Part shown: piece by piece, positions 1 through 9,637 of the stretch
Numbering within the stretch: position 1 is the stretch's first letter
Layout of the letters: the number at the start of each line of letters is the position of its first letter
IMG/VR virus record: IMGVR_UViG_3300047322_000678
Length of the DNA: 20,000 nt
Direction: 5' to 3' (one strand)
Source of the DNA: an uncultured virus (IMG/VR IMGVR_UViG_3300047322_000678)
Taxonomy: Duplodnaviria > Heunggongvirae > Uroviricota > Caudoviricetes
Notes under the pieces: model-generated
Database searches by the model: none
What the model was told of the DNA's origin: nothing
The model's input: the letters and a program-made list of their open reading frames with translations, nothing else
Translations under genes and position numbers: made by a program

Positions 1-1934
1 AATTCCTTACCAATCTGTTGCCGCAATGGATCTCCTGATAGTCTCCGAATTTGCTTTGCCGCTGCCGCACCGGCCAGTTCCACAAATGCCAAGACCTGTT
101 GCGGATTCCCACCATTCTGAACCGATTGCATGGCCTGAACCGCCGCCTGCATATAAACCGCTGAGAATATGAGCGCATCTTGACTTGGAGAGAAATCAGC
201 AGGCTTGCCACTGTGCATTCCTGTGACTTGATTACCGGCCCGCTCCTTCTGATCGCCAGATACCGCGCTGATTTTGGATCTAGGGTTATACCGATTTACC
301 GCCGATTGACCGGCATTACTCGAAATGAAATCGTCCAGAAGATTTTGCTGACCGGATTCAGGCAAGCGCATCATCAGCGGCAGCATGGCTTGGGTCACTT
401 CCCGGCGCATGAACGGCGAGCCTTGGCCCACGACCCGCACAGCTTGAACCGATTCAATCCGTCCAAAGCACTCGTCCGGCACGCCCCGGCGTCGGCATCG
501 GTCCTGAAACTCTTTAGCTCGGGTATCGGTTGAGTTCAGGTTACAGGCTCGCCGGACAATCTCAGACAAGAGCAGATCCCGTTGATGATAGTAACGGTTA
601 AAGGTGGTATTGGACAAAGCCCCACCCTGAGACATTTTCATCCTGGCCTCGGTAGCCGTGTCCGGATTACCCGGCTTATCCGGTTCCACCGTCTGCCGAT
701 ACTGGCTCAGGTTTGACCGCATCAAATCGCTAGAGGTTCGGAACATGGCCAGTCCATCCTGCATCAGACCTTGGATCGGCGTCTGAACCACATCGGTTCC
801 GGGCGGGACCAAGCCCCATTGCCCGAATCTGGCCAGTTGAAACTTGGTAGCGGCTTCCTGTGTCGTTGGCTTGAACAGGATCTTCGGAGCAAAAGCCGCA
901 TCCATTAGTCCACACAAAAGCCGATTCTCATACTCCAATGGCCCGTACTGTTTCACGCCCAGCCCGGTGACGTTGTGATAGTAACCGCCTCGACCCTTAT
1001 CAAAAAACATCGGATGGATCGCTTCGTAAAAGTTTGCGTACCGGCCCACGCGCAGGAACAGGTATTTACAGCCTTCCGCAGACGTGTCCTGGCGCTCGAC
1101 AATGGCGTGCGTGACCCGTCCATCAAATTCTTTCCAGAGCACATGCGCGACCCGGCACACGCTCACATTGTCAAAGTAATCAAACGAGTTCGTCTTTAAT
1201 TCTGTCTGGTACCAAAGCCAATTATGACTTTGGTCCGGTGGTGTTTTCTGGTCCACGGCATTTTCCAGAACCTTCTTAGTATAAGGCACGTCCCAACCTA
1301 CCTTCTCAGCCGCGTCCTCGTTCTCGATGAACTGGTACAGTTGCGGCGGATAATACTCGCGCAGGATCACGCAGATTTCCCACTGGTTAAGATCGGATGG
1401 TGTCCGATCCGGAACCTTGAGAGCATCGTCCTCGACCGCGACCGGGAACACGTCATGGTCGTTCTCGAAAAACATCGGACCCCTTCCAAAAAGAACCATC
1501 TCGTTCAGTGAGGTTTGTTCCTGTGAGTCCCAGGACTTTTCTTGCATGAACATCACGTCAGCTTCGGCTGACATATCCCGACTCCATTGGACCCGGTTCT
1601 CCTCATTTCCGTGTGAGGTTGCGATCTGGACTATGCCCGGAGCCTCAGTGGCTAGATCGTAAAAAGCTCCAACGCTAGCTTCGAGTGTGGACCGGGCCGT
1701 GCCCCAGTTTACGTTACAGGCGTCGGCTCGGTTCTGTTTCCGAAGCAAGCCGGGTTTGTACGGGAGGTTCCCATCGCAGATCCCAGCGACCAAGGCCCGT
1801 TTCTGTTCCCGCTTATCGTCTGCATCGATCACGCGCATGACGAAATCCTGTGTCGAGCGGGCATCCTTCATCCGGCATTCAGGAACTATCCCGTCATGCA
1901 CATTCAACAGCCCGTTATCGGAAACAGAATCCAT
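1..1934 (-). CDS. Probable phage portal (head-tail connector) protein, 3' end outside the window
   Basis: Not in the ORF track. Manual translation from ATG at 1934 gives MDSVSDNGLLNVHDGIVPECRMKDARSTQDFVMRVIDADDKREQKRALVAGICDGNLPY...; the segments I checked have no stop and the frame reads IRRLSGDPLRQQIGKE at the edge (about 644 codons). It contains GNPDTATEARMKMSQGGALSNTTFNRYY near 590-670, resembling the TATE/TAEE motif of podoviral portals. Size and context fit. Confidence 0.7.
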   Translation of the reverse strand, partial: MDSVSDNGLLNVHDGIVPECRMKDARSTQDFVMRVIDADDKREQKRALVAGICDGNLPYKPGLLRKQNRADACNVNWGTARSTLEASVGAFYDLATEAPGIVQIATSHGNEENRVQWSRDMSAEADVMFMQEKSWDSQEQTSLNEMVLFGRGPMFFENDHDVFPVAVEDDALKVPDRTPSDLNQWEICVILREYYPPQLYQFIENEDAAEKVGWDVPYTKKVLENAVDQKTPPDQSHNWLWYQTELKTNSFDYFDNVSVCRVAHVLWKEFDGRVTHAIVERQDTSAEGCKYLFLRVGRYANFYEAIHPMFFDKGRGGYYHNVTGLGVKQYGPLEYENRLLCGLMDAAFAPKILFKPTTQEAATKFQLARFGQWGLVPPGTDVVQTPIQGLMQDGLAMFRTSSDLMRSNLSQYRQTVEPDKPGNPDTATEARMKMSQGGALSNTTFNRYYHQRDLLLSEIVRRACNLNSTDTRAKEFQDRCRRRGVPDECFGRIESVQAVRVVGQGSPFMRREVTQAMLPLMMRLPESGQQNLLDDFISSNAGQSAVNRYNPRSKISAVSGDQKERAGNQVTGMHSGKPADFSPSQDALIFSAVYMQAAVQAMQSVQNGGNPQQVLAFVELAGAAAAKQIRRLSGDPLRQQIGKE

Positions 1935-1971
1935 AGATCAGTTGTCGGTTAGTTGCAGGTCAAAGTAAAGG

Positions 1972-2211
1972 TTATATCCTCTGGTTCGGATGATGCCACT
2001 GGCCAGATGGCGGCAGGGGCCGGCGCAGCCAGCCCATCTTGATGCCATACTGAACCAATGCGATTGGGTCGGTGATGCCCCAGGTACCAAGGCGGTCAGC
2101 CATGATCATGGCCTCAGTCGGGCACTGGCCGTAAGCACCGGATTCTTTCGAGCATTGGCACAGGATCGGATTCAGACCGCAGAAATTGCAGATGTCGGTG
2201 GATGCGCTCAT
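1972..2211 (-). CDS. Small hypothetical protein with CxxC...CxC cluster (possible Zn-binding)
   Basis: 79 aa. ATG is 4 nt after the stop of the 1960-aa gene and the ORF fills the gap before the portal-like gene. N-terminus reads DICNFCGLNPILCQC. Confidence 0.5.
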   Translation of the reverse strand: MSASTDICNFCGLNPILCQCSKESGAYGQCPTEAMIMADRLGTWGITDPIALVQYGIKMGWLRRPLPPSGQWHHPNQRI

Positions 2212-2215
2212 AGAA

Positions 2216-5200
2216 TTATCGTTTCTCTGGGATTTGCTGGCGAAGGCCAGGAATTCCGGTTTCGATGGATTCCCATATTGTTTTCGGATCTAATTTTGCA
2301 GGAGGCCCGGTAATTCGTTCGTAAAGATTTGACGGCTCGGTTTCCCGGCGCTCATCCAACACTTGAGCGGTCCATGCCATAATTTGTGGCACGGCAATGC
2401 TCCGCGCCTCGTTACCGATAGTTTGTTGGCGGGTATAACGGTTGGCTAAACCTCCGAACAGCCGGTGCGGACCTTGCACAAACGGAACTTCATCAGCTAT
2501 TCCCCAAGCCGCAGCGAGAATGCCCGCTGGAATACCTTGAGCGTCCTCGTCCTTTTTCCGTAATTTTTCATCAGCAGTTTGGTGAATGGCGGCTCCTAAC
2601 TGAATCGTATTCAAAGCCGGATGATGTAGAATATTCGCAGGAATTCTTTCACCAAACATTTCAATATCTCCAGGTTTTAGCTCCCCCGGCTTTCTCTTTT
2701 TGCCTTGTTCATATAACCCTCCAATTTGCTCGTAACCGATATATCCCAAGGCCAGAGCGGCAAAGCCGATGGAACCCTTCTTTAATTCCTGCATGATGAG
2801 ATCGGCCTGATTGGGGGTGAGAGTGTCTAAACCTTTTCGGATTGCGTTTATGGCACGAACACTTCCGGTAACTGAACCAGCGGCATATTTCAAAGTTTCA
2901 CCGGCAATATTAGTCGGAACTTTTGTCACGGGAAACATGAACCTGGCTGCTGTTGCCAAAACCTTGCCGCCGGGATTTGGATGACCGCTTTCACCTTTTC
3001 GCTCAAGGGCAGCAAGCGCAGCATTAAATGCTGAAGCGATTCGGCTATCTTGCAGAAAAATTTGTTGATTGCCGTACTTGTAAGCATCCATCGCAATCCG
3101 ATATTTAAGAAATTCACTGTCCACTGGAAATCCCTGTTTTGCATACCATTCCCCCAATTTCTGAGTTGTATTTTCGTGCCAGTATTCCAGTCGGGATTTG
3201 GCCTTTTCAAATCCGCCGCGTTTGACTGGGGCTTTAATGACCCCATGTGAACGACCGGGGATATTGAGCAATAAGGAAGCTAATTCATTTTCTCCAGTGT
3301 AACTTTCACCCTGCTTTCCATAAAGCACATCAAGATCGCTGCGACCTGTTTTTGCAACCGCCACTGCGTCCGTCATTCCTTTAGTAAAAGCGCCTCCATA
3401 GCCACGCATAGTGGCTTTGAGCTGCCGACCGGCACCTTCTGTGGGCGCTCTTTGTGAAATTCCACGAATACCCGGAATAACACTCAAAGCTTCACCGGCA
3501 ACATCCTCTGCTAACGTAAAAACAGCACGCCACCCTGCCGCGCCGAACAGTTTAGGAATTACCATTGGCGAGCTAAGGGCGCTAAATCGACGAAACTTTG
3601 TGGTCCAATCAAGAGCCTTTTCCCATCGGGTCCGGTTCTTGAGCCGGTCTGCAATGAGCATTTCTTGATACTTCCTTTTAACCCGCTCATAATTTGCTTT
3701 AAGACGGGTAGCAGTTGTATCCAGTTGAATCTCCCGTTTCGGTTTCGTGGTGAAATCTTTATCCGCCATCTTCTGGTTCAATTCCTCAATCCGATTGCTC
3801 ATCCGGGTCTTGAGCGTGTCCAAGGACGATTTGAGTTGAGTGCCGGGATCTGAAATCGGCACCTGAAACTTGCGTTTTGCTTCATTGACCAGCTTAATCA
3901 ATCGTGATTGTTCCCGAGTCACTTCCGCCCGTTCAATGCCGGTCTTGAGCGGGGGCTGACCGGCTTCCATATCTTCAAGTTTCGCCACTTCCTGCATCTG
4001 CCGTTTCAGATCACGCAGTTCGACACTGATCTGGTCCTTGGACAATTGCTTGAAATCGCCGTAACCGGATATGGCATCCATCGTCTCGCGACGGGTAAAG
4101 GTCGGGTCAACTTCCTGCAACACACCGTGAACAGCATCAATTAGCTGGTCCCGCTGCTTAACGCCTTGCTCGACAAAGATTCGAGCCAGTTTCCGGACCA
4201 TGTTGGTCACTTCATTGCGTTTACCGGCATCGACCTTGTTCTTGATGTTGGTCTTAGCAATGTCCTTTTGCTGATTCAGATCAATACCCCGGACCGCTCG
4301 CTGAACTTTCGGTGCCTGACCGCCAGCAACTTTCTGAACATGATCATTCAAGGCTTTCTGAGACGAATCCCAGACCGTTTGCAGGTGCGGTTTAATCCGG
4401 TCGCCCAGAGCCTCAGCCATCTTCACTCCCCATTCACCGAACTCGATTGCACCGGACAGAATCTTGGATACACCCAAATCAGTCAGGTCAGCTAAGACTT
4501 GGGGACTGAGCGTGAATAGCTTTCCGGACAACCTTTTGAGCGCGGCATCGGCCCGGTTGTCGAAGTAACCCTTAATTTTGTCCGCGATGATACGGACATG
4601 CGGTTCCACAGTCGGTTCACGCTTCGCTTCCAGAGCGACTTTATCCAGTGCCGCTTTGACTTCCAATTCGGCAATGCGCTGGTCCCGGTTGAGGACTTCT
4701 TCTTTATGCGCCTTTTCGGCTTCGGCAATTTGTTCATGGAGCTTGGCTATCTGACTTGATTCAGCGTCGGTTAATGGTCTGCCACCAACCGCCGCCCGTT
4801 TCCGTAATCGCATCTCGATCAGGCTGAAATCGTCCCCGGCACCCATCTTCTGCGCCTGTAATGTCCGGCCAGCTTCCGATCCGGTCCCGTTCCGGCCCAC
4901 AGCCCGATCCAGTTCTTCCAGTTGATCCTCGAATACCGCCGCTGACACTTTCGCCTCAGCCAGATCCTGAGTCCGATTATCATCAAAAGCCTGTGCGATA
5001 CGGGACAAGGCATTGTTCAGTTCTGCCGTAATCTTTTGCCGATGCCAAACCAGACCCGCATTTTCCCAGGACAAGAGAGGACGCGGTTTCTTGAGCACTT
5101 CGGCAATCAGATTCGGAACCCAATTCGGGTCACGATTCATCTGGGCCAGAGCTTTGGCATTGTCCTGATCCCATGTGCGCCGTTCCGTGTCGGGCATGGG

Positions 5201-8098
5201 TGGTTTACCCATTGCAACCCGGTCCCGGTCAATTGCCGAGAACATGTTGGAGACGACTGTGCCGGGTTCGTTGAATTCAGGCGGGATTGCGCCACCGACC
5301 CCGATTGTTGGTGGTCCCTGATCGAACGGTCGAACATCTTTCGCCTCGTAAAAGACCTCACCGAGATTGGTTTTAACAAACCAGCCACCTCTCGGACCCG
5401 ATGCGGATATGGTTCCTTCCCGGTGCATTGGTGCCTGACCAACCCAAACCTTATCTCCTTCTTTCAGAGCTGGTTTCTCAAACAATCCCTGTTGCTGCTT
5501 ATCCGCAATCGCCTTGGCCTCGGACTTATCCTTTTCAGCTTTGGCTTTCTCAGCCGCGATCCGTTCTGCGTCAGTTCCTTTCTCGCCAGCTAGATTGAAC
5601 GGCTGGTCCTCGCCCTGAAACATTTCACCGGACTTTTCACCGGGACGGAGTTTGGGAGGTTCTGTTTTGGGTTCAGGAACAAATTCGGGTTCGCCGCCCT
5701 TTTCTTTCAGCGATCCTTTATCAATGTGGATTTTGGTCCCGGCCAGTACCTGAACGTCACCGAATTTGTTCCCACCATTGAGCCTGGTCCCAGTTATTTC
5801 TTCGTTGTCATCAAAAGCAAAGTTATCCAGCTTCACTTTCTGGCCATCAACAGTAAATTCCGCACCGGGATAATACTGCGTCAGATCAACTGGTTCCTTG
5901 CCCGGACCCTCTTTAGTGGCGTTATCAAACTGAGTCTGCTTATCGGCTTGGGTATTTATCTGTTTCTTTTCCGATGCGGCTCCGGAACGTTCACCTTTCC
6001 GTGCCTGTGCCGATTCGTTCAAGGATTCAAGAAATGCAACATCATCCGGGAATTGTTTTGTCATGTCCCGGTGGACTTCATCCGGACCAACGCCTTCTTT
6101 TCCGAACAGTTCCCTTGCTGCTCCAATTGGTTTGAAATTCTCAATCAGTTTCCGAGCCTTGCTCAGAGAAATCTTGCCCTTACCAAGAATCTCTTTGGCT
6201 TCGGAGACGGTATCGTAAGGCTTTTCTTGACCAGTATCAGTTTTGGGAGCTTTCTTCACCTCCCCCGTCGCGCCCTCCGCTGGCTTGGGGGCGGGAGCGA
6301 GTGGGGTGGGTTGAGGTATTTCCGAAACAGGTTTAGCCCTTTTACTGTCTCTGGATATTTCAAATATCTTCCCATCCGGGGTCTTTACATATCCCTTCCG
6401 ACCGGCTTCGAGATTGTCATGGACTCGTTGTGCCGCAACTTTGAATTCCCGTTTCGGGTCTTTGACATAATCTATCGGGACTTCCTTGCCACCATACACG
6501 GCAACGTGATGATCGGATTTCGATGGTTCCGGCTTTACATCCTGTTCCGTGGATGGCTTGGGTTCTGGTGCGGGGGGCAGTTTCAGTTCTCCGGTTTTTC
6601 CGGATAACTGGTCCTCAGACGGATGCTCCACGCTTCTCCATGTCCCGTGCTGACGTGCGGCTTCTAGGTGCTTATTCAGATCCGAAACGGCTGCTTCTTC
6701 TGTTTCTCCAGTACCGTGCATGTTACCGAATTTCGGGTCATGCGCCGTTGCTGTATAAGCCTTAACTGCATCATCATAAAAAACTCTTACATCTTCTTTC
6801 TTCCCAGCTTCGGGTGCTTGACCCCCTCGCTCAACATTTTCCGGGATTGGGCTTTGGACGGGCACTTGCTCCGGGCCTTGCCGGGGTTGTGCAGACACAT
6901 CTGAAACAGGTTTCTCTGGGATTGGTTGTACGGCATTTTCTTCCTTTGGTTTTGGTTTGGTTTCTGGTTCTGGTTTAGCTTCCTCAACCGGCGCAGGCGC
7001 AGGTTTCTCCGCCTCCGCCTCTTTCATCTGCATGGCCTGTTTTGACTCAGCAACCGCCTCAGACGCGGCTTCTGTCGCTGGGATGAGTCCTGATGGTGGT
7101 GGAGTCGGTGCGGGGGCTGGTACGGGCACCGGGGCGGGTTCGGGAGCTTTTACGGGTTCGGCCTTAGCCTGAACGGTCTGCCCGACTTCGGCTAAGGCTT
7201 GAGCGGTGGCGGGAGCGCCTGCGGCGGCGACCTTAGCTGCTTCAAATCCGATCCGGGTAGGCTTTGATACATCAAATGGAAGTCCCGGTACAGATTGTAA
7301 CGCTTCCGATTCAAGCCCTGCTCTGGCCATTTCGCCAGTATGCAAAGCCGGCGCCACAGCCATTGCTGTATCAATCCCGGCTTGAGTCAAGAGCTTGGCA
7401 ATCTTCTGTTTATCCCGTTTATCTTCCGGCAAAGCCATTTCCTGACCCAGTTCAGCCGCTATCTTGGGCGCTTCCTCGACTGCGTTCTTTCCCATCAAAC
7501 CCGTCCACAGGGCCGATACCAGCGCCTTGCCCACTGTTCCGGTCGAAGCCAGGCCCATGCTCGCCGCCATGTAAACCAGGTTCCGAGGTGTGGTCAGGCT
7601 GTTTATGGCCGGTCGCAAAGCTTCGTTGATACCGGCTTCAATCGGGCCTTTGGCTTCGGACGGTGGTTTGATCAGGTAATCGCCAAGATTAAGCAGGGGT
7701 TTGTCCTGATCCCGGTCAGTGACGGACGGGGTTTCGGCCTTTATCGGGTTCCGGACATAACGCGGGTCTTTAGCCCAATCGGGAACGGTCGGTTCCGTAG
7801 CTGATTTGGACTGTTCCTGAGTCAGACCCTCGAATGGACTGACCGGGAATGTGCCTTTGGGTATGGCCGGTGCCTGGTCAGGTGCGGGCTTGGGGGATGG
7901 GAGGGTAACGCCTGATTCGGCACCGGCTAAAGAACCACCGGGTTTGGTGCTGATTATTTTTTGGTAATCTAACGAGAAAGATTTGCTCCGGTTCAGGAAT
8001 TCCGGTTGCCGGTCAGCAATATACTCAGTCAGCGTGTCGTCATCGACCTGCTTGAAGGCTGGCTCTTTGGACCTGACATAATCCAAGACATCGGACAT
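2216..8098 (-). CDS. Giant internal virion / DNA-ejection-like multidomain (polyvalent) protein
   Basis: 1960 aa. Pro/Glu/Lys/Ala-rich linkers separate small globular segments, followed by long helical/coiled-coil stretches and C-terminal hydrophobic Gly/Ala segments (GSIGFAALALGYIGY, GIPAGILAAAWGIA). It is the last and largest of three ejection-like genes, as in P22/T7-type layouts. Confidence 0.7.
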   Translation of the reverse strand: MSDVLDYVRSKEPAFKQVDDDTLTEYIADRQPEFLNRSKSFSLDYQKIISTKPGGSLAGAESGVTLPSPKPAPDQAPAIPKGTFPVSPFEGLTQEQSKSATEPTVPDWAKDPRYVRNPIKAETPSVTDRDQDKPLLNLGDYLIKPPSEAKGPIEAGINEALRPAINSLTTPRNLVYMAASMGLASTGTVGKALVSALWTGLMGKNAVEEAPKIAAELGQEMALPEDKRDKQKIAKLLTQAGIDTAMAVAPALHTGEMARAGLESEALQSVPGLPFDVSKPTRIGFEAAKVAAAGAPATAQALAEVGQTVQAKAEPVKAPEPAPVPVPAPAPTPPPSGLIPATEAASEAVAESKQAMQMKEAEAEKPAPAPVEEAKPEPETKPKPKEENAVQPIPEKPVSDVSAQPRQGPEQVPVQSPIPENVERGGQAPEAGKKEDVRVFYDDAVKAYTATAHDPKFGNMHGTGETEEAAVSDLNKHLEAARQHGTWRSVEHPSEDQLSGKTGELKLPPAPEPKPSTEQDVKPEPSKSDHHVAVYGGKEVPIDYVKDPKREFKVAAQRVHDNLEAGRKGYVKTPDGKIFEISRDSKRAKPVSEIPQPTPLAPAPKPAEGATGEVKKAPKTDTGQEKPYDTVSEAKEILGKGKISLSKARKLIENFKPIGAARELFGKEGVGPDEVHRDMTKQFPDDVAFLESLNESAQARKGERSGAASEKKQINTQADKQTQFDNATKEGPGKEPVDLTQYYPGAEFTVDGQKVKLDNFAFDDNEEITGTRLNGGNKFGDVQVLAGTKIHIDKGSLKEKGGEPEFVPEPKTEPPKLRPGEKSGEMFQGEDQPFNLAGEKGTDAERIAAEKAKAEKDKSEAKAIADKQQQGLFEKPALKEGDKVWVGQAPMHREGTISASGPRGGWFVKTNLGEVFYEAKDVRPFDQGPPTIGVGGAIPPEFNEPGTVVSNMFSAIDRDRVAMGKPPMPDTERRTWDQDNAKALAQMNRDPNWVPNLIAEVLKKPRPLLSWENAGLVWHRQKITAELNNALSRIAQAFDDNRTQDLAEAKVSAAVFEDQLEELDRAVGRNGTGSEAGRTLQAQKMGAGDDFSLIEMRLRKRAAVGGRPLTDAESSQIAKLHEQIAEAEKAHKEEVLNRDQRIAELEVKAALDKVALEAKREPTVEPHVRIIADKIKGYFDNRADAALKRLSGKLFTLSPQVLADLTDLGVSKILSGAIEFGEWGVKMAEALGDRIKPHLQTVWDSSQKALNDHVQKVAGGQAPKVQRAVRGIDLNQQKDIAKTNIKNKVDAGKRNEVTNMVRKLARIFVEQGVKQRDQLIDAVHGVLQEVDPTFTRRETMDAISGYGDFKQLSKDQISVELRDLKRQMQEVAKLEDMEAGQPPLKTGIERAEVTREQSRLIKLVNEAKRKFQVPISDPGTQLKSSLDTLKTRMSNRIEELNQKMADKDFTTKPKREIQLDTTATRLKANYERVKRKYQEMLIADRLKNRTRWEKALDWTTKFRRFSALSSPMVIPKLFGAAGWRAVFTLAEDVAGEALSVIPGIRGISQRAPTEGAGRQLKATMRGYGGAFTKGMTDAVAVAKTGRSDLDVLYGKQGESYTGENELASLLLNIPGRSHGVIKAPVKRGGFEKAKSRLEYWHENTTQKLGEWYAKQGFPVDSEFLKYRIAMDAYKYGNQQIFLQDSRIASAFNAALAALERKGESGHPNPGGKVLATAARFMFPVTKVPTNIAGETLKYAAGSVTGSVRAINAIRKGLDTLTPNQADLIMQELKKGSIGFAALALGYIGYEQIGGLYEQGKKRKPGELKPGDIEMFGERIPANILHHPALNTIQLGAAIHQTADEKLRKKDEDAQGIPAGILAAAWGIADEVPFVQGPHRLFGGLANRYTRQQTIGNEARSIAVPQIMAWTAQVLDERRETEPSNLYERITGPPAKLDPKTIWESIETGIPGLRQQIPEKR

Positions 8099-8102
8099 GG
8101 CA

Positions 8103-9164
8103 TCAGTCTGTCGTCTCCTGTCTCTTTTTCAACCAGTTATTGAAGTCGTCAGGGGAAAGGGAGGAATCGGGCTTGGCTTTGTCCGGTGCCGTAACAGATG
8201 GTGCCGTGATCGGTTTGGATCCGGCTGGGGTCTCGTACTTTTTCCGAATATCTTCCAGAACTGAATGTGCCATTTCCCGGTCCTTAAAAACCTTGTTGTA
8301 ATACGCCTGAGCACCGGCCTTATGTTTGCTATCAGCATCGTCCACTGCCTTTTGAGCCTTACTCAATTCGATATTAGCCTGTTTCAAATCGCCTTCAGCC
8401 TCTTTCATCCGAGACGCATCTACGGCTGACAACTTCCCGCCCGGAGCCTTATCGGTTCCGAGATGGCCACGAGCCTTGAGAATGTTTTCGATCAAGGTCG
8501 CGCCTTCTATGTCCCCGACTTTCTTGAGCCGATTGATCAGGTCAATGTTCTTGCCTTCATTGGTCTGAGCCGATGGTTTTGTCGCAGGCGGGTACTTGAC
8601 CTTTAACTGGCCCAGCGCCGTAATCGCTTCCGGTGTCGGTCCGCCGCCCGGACCTCGCGGCATGAGCAGAATCTTTTTAACCGCTGCTGCTGCTTCATCG
8701 GTTTCAATTGGTATCGAGTTGATTCCGTCCGTGAACTTCTTGGATATATCCAAATCGATCTTGGCCTGTTCAGAACCGTTCTGGACCATGCCTTTTTCAT
8801 AATCGGCACGGGCCTGAGCTGCCAGTTTCTTGGCATCCACCTGCTGTTGCTGGTACGACATCATCCAGCCAGCCTGTTTCGTCTGCGCTCCCCACGGTGA
8901 TCTGGTAACTCTCGTGCTCCATTCTTGAGGTGTAGCATTCGGATGCTGTGCCATCCATACTGGCAACTCATCCATATCCTGTTGCGTTCTCTGCTGCTCA
9001 AGGGCGTGAGTGGCCAGGGCTTCGCGCTGTTCTTTCTGATGGAGCAGGGCCGAGCCGAGGGCGACGCCGGTAGTGACGACCTTGGTAGCATCGTCATCGT
9101 TATGAAGATGCTCAATCTCTCCTTGGAGCCAGCGCGGAAGCTGAATATTGAAATCAAGTGGCAT
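8103..9164 (-). CDS. Putative internal virion/ejection protein (helical, coiled-coil)
   Basis: 353 aa, Gln/Ala/Lys-rich, with an N-terminal hydrophobic stretch VVTTGVALGSALL. Lies directly upstream of the giant protein (4-nt gap). Confidence 0.55.
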   Translation of the reverse strand: MPLDFNIQLPRWLQGEIEHLHNDDDATKVVTTGVALGSALLHQKEQREALATHALEQQRTQQDMDELPVWMAQHPNATPQEWSTRVTRSPWGAQTKQAGWMMSYQQQQVDAKKLAAQARADYEKGMVQNGSEQAKIDLDISKKFTDGINSIPIETDEAAAAVKKILLMPRGPGGGPTPEAITALGQLKVKYPPATKPSAQTNEGKNIDLINRLKKVGDIEGATLIENILKARGHLGTDKAPGGKLSAVDASRMKEAEGDLKQANIELSKAQKAVDDADSKHKAGAQAYYNKVFKDREMAHSVLEDIRKKYETPAGSKPITAPSVTAPDKAKPDSSLSPDDFNNWLKKRQETTD

Positions 9165-9166
9165 CG

Positions 9167-9637
9167 TTAAATCGGGTTCCCTTCGGCGTCGTGCTGCAAT
9201 TCATAGTCCCGGTCCCGAATCTTCAGACTCAGGCTCCGGACATGGTCCCAACCGCCGACAATCATAGCGACGATAAAGAACATCTCGTCACCGCAACAGC
9301 GTAACACATCGGCCATGATCCGTCTCCGTTCGATTGGGGACTTTTCCCAAGCCACACTGTCAGCATATTGATTCGTGACCATAAGCACTACGGGGAATAA
9401 TAGGCTCCGGTTGGTGACGTAAAAATTCGTGTTGTACAGCATTGCGGCCTTGGCGAAGATGGCCAAAATAGCTTCGGCTGACATGGTTGGTCGTCCGTCC
9501 TCGCGGGTGTCGAGCAGGTCGTCAATGGCGTGGCAGTATAAATACCATAATCCACAAAAGATTTGTGCGTCTCGGTTCCCTTTGCAGACTTCCAAAGTAA
9601 AAGCGTGGGCCGATGCTTGTTCGGATTCATTTGGCAT
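9167..9637 (-). CDS. Class I isoprenoid synthase/trans-prenyltransferase-like small protein
   Basis: 156 aa with helical character. HAIDDLLDTREDGRPT resembles the first aspartate-rich motif DDxxD...RRGxPT of trans-isoprenyl diphosphate synthases. Coupled to the upstream ORF by TAATG. Confidence 0.55.
   Translation of the reverse strand: MPNESEQASAHAFTLEVCKGNRDAQIFCGLWYLYCHAIDDLLDTREDGRPTMSAEAILAIFAKAAMLYNTNFYVTNRSLLFPVVLMVTNQYADSVAWEKSPIERRRIMADVLRCCGDEMFFIVAMIVGGWDHVRSLSLKIRDRDYELQHDAEGNPI

Noticed and set aside
1..1970. Apparent non-coding or ncRNA region with scattered short ORFs
   Set aside because: Explained by a long minus-strand frame from 1934 that runs off the edge. The short ORFs are shadows of it.
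1935..1971. Promoter before the portal-like gene (TTGACC)
   Set aside because: There is no acceptable -10 element at 16-18 nt spacing.
5726..6607. 293-aa plus-strand ORF
   Set aside because: Antisense to the giant gene. Its Phe/Leu-rich composition mirrors Lys/Glu codons, with no motif or junction logic.
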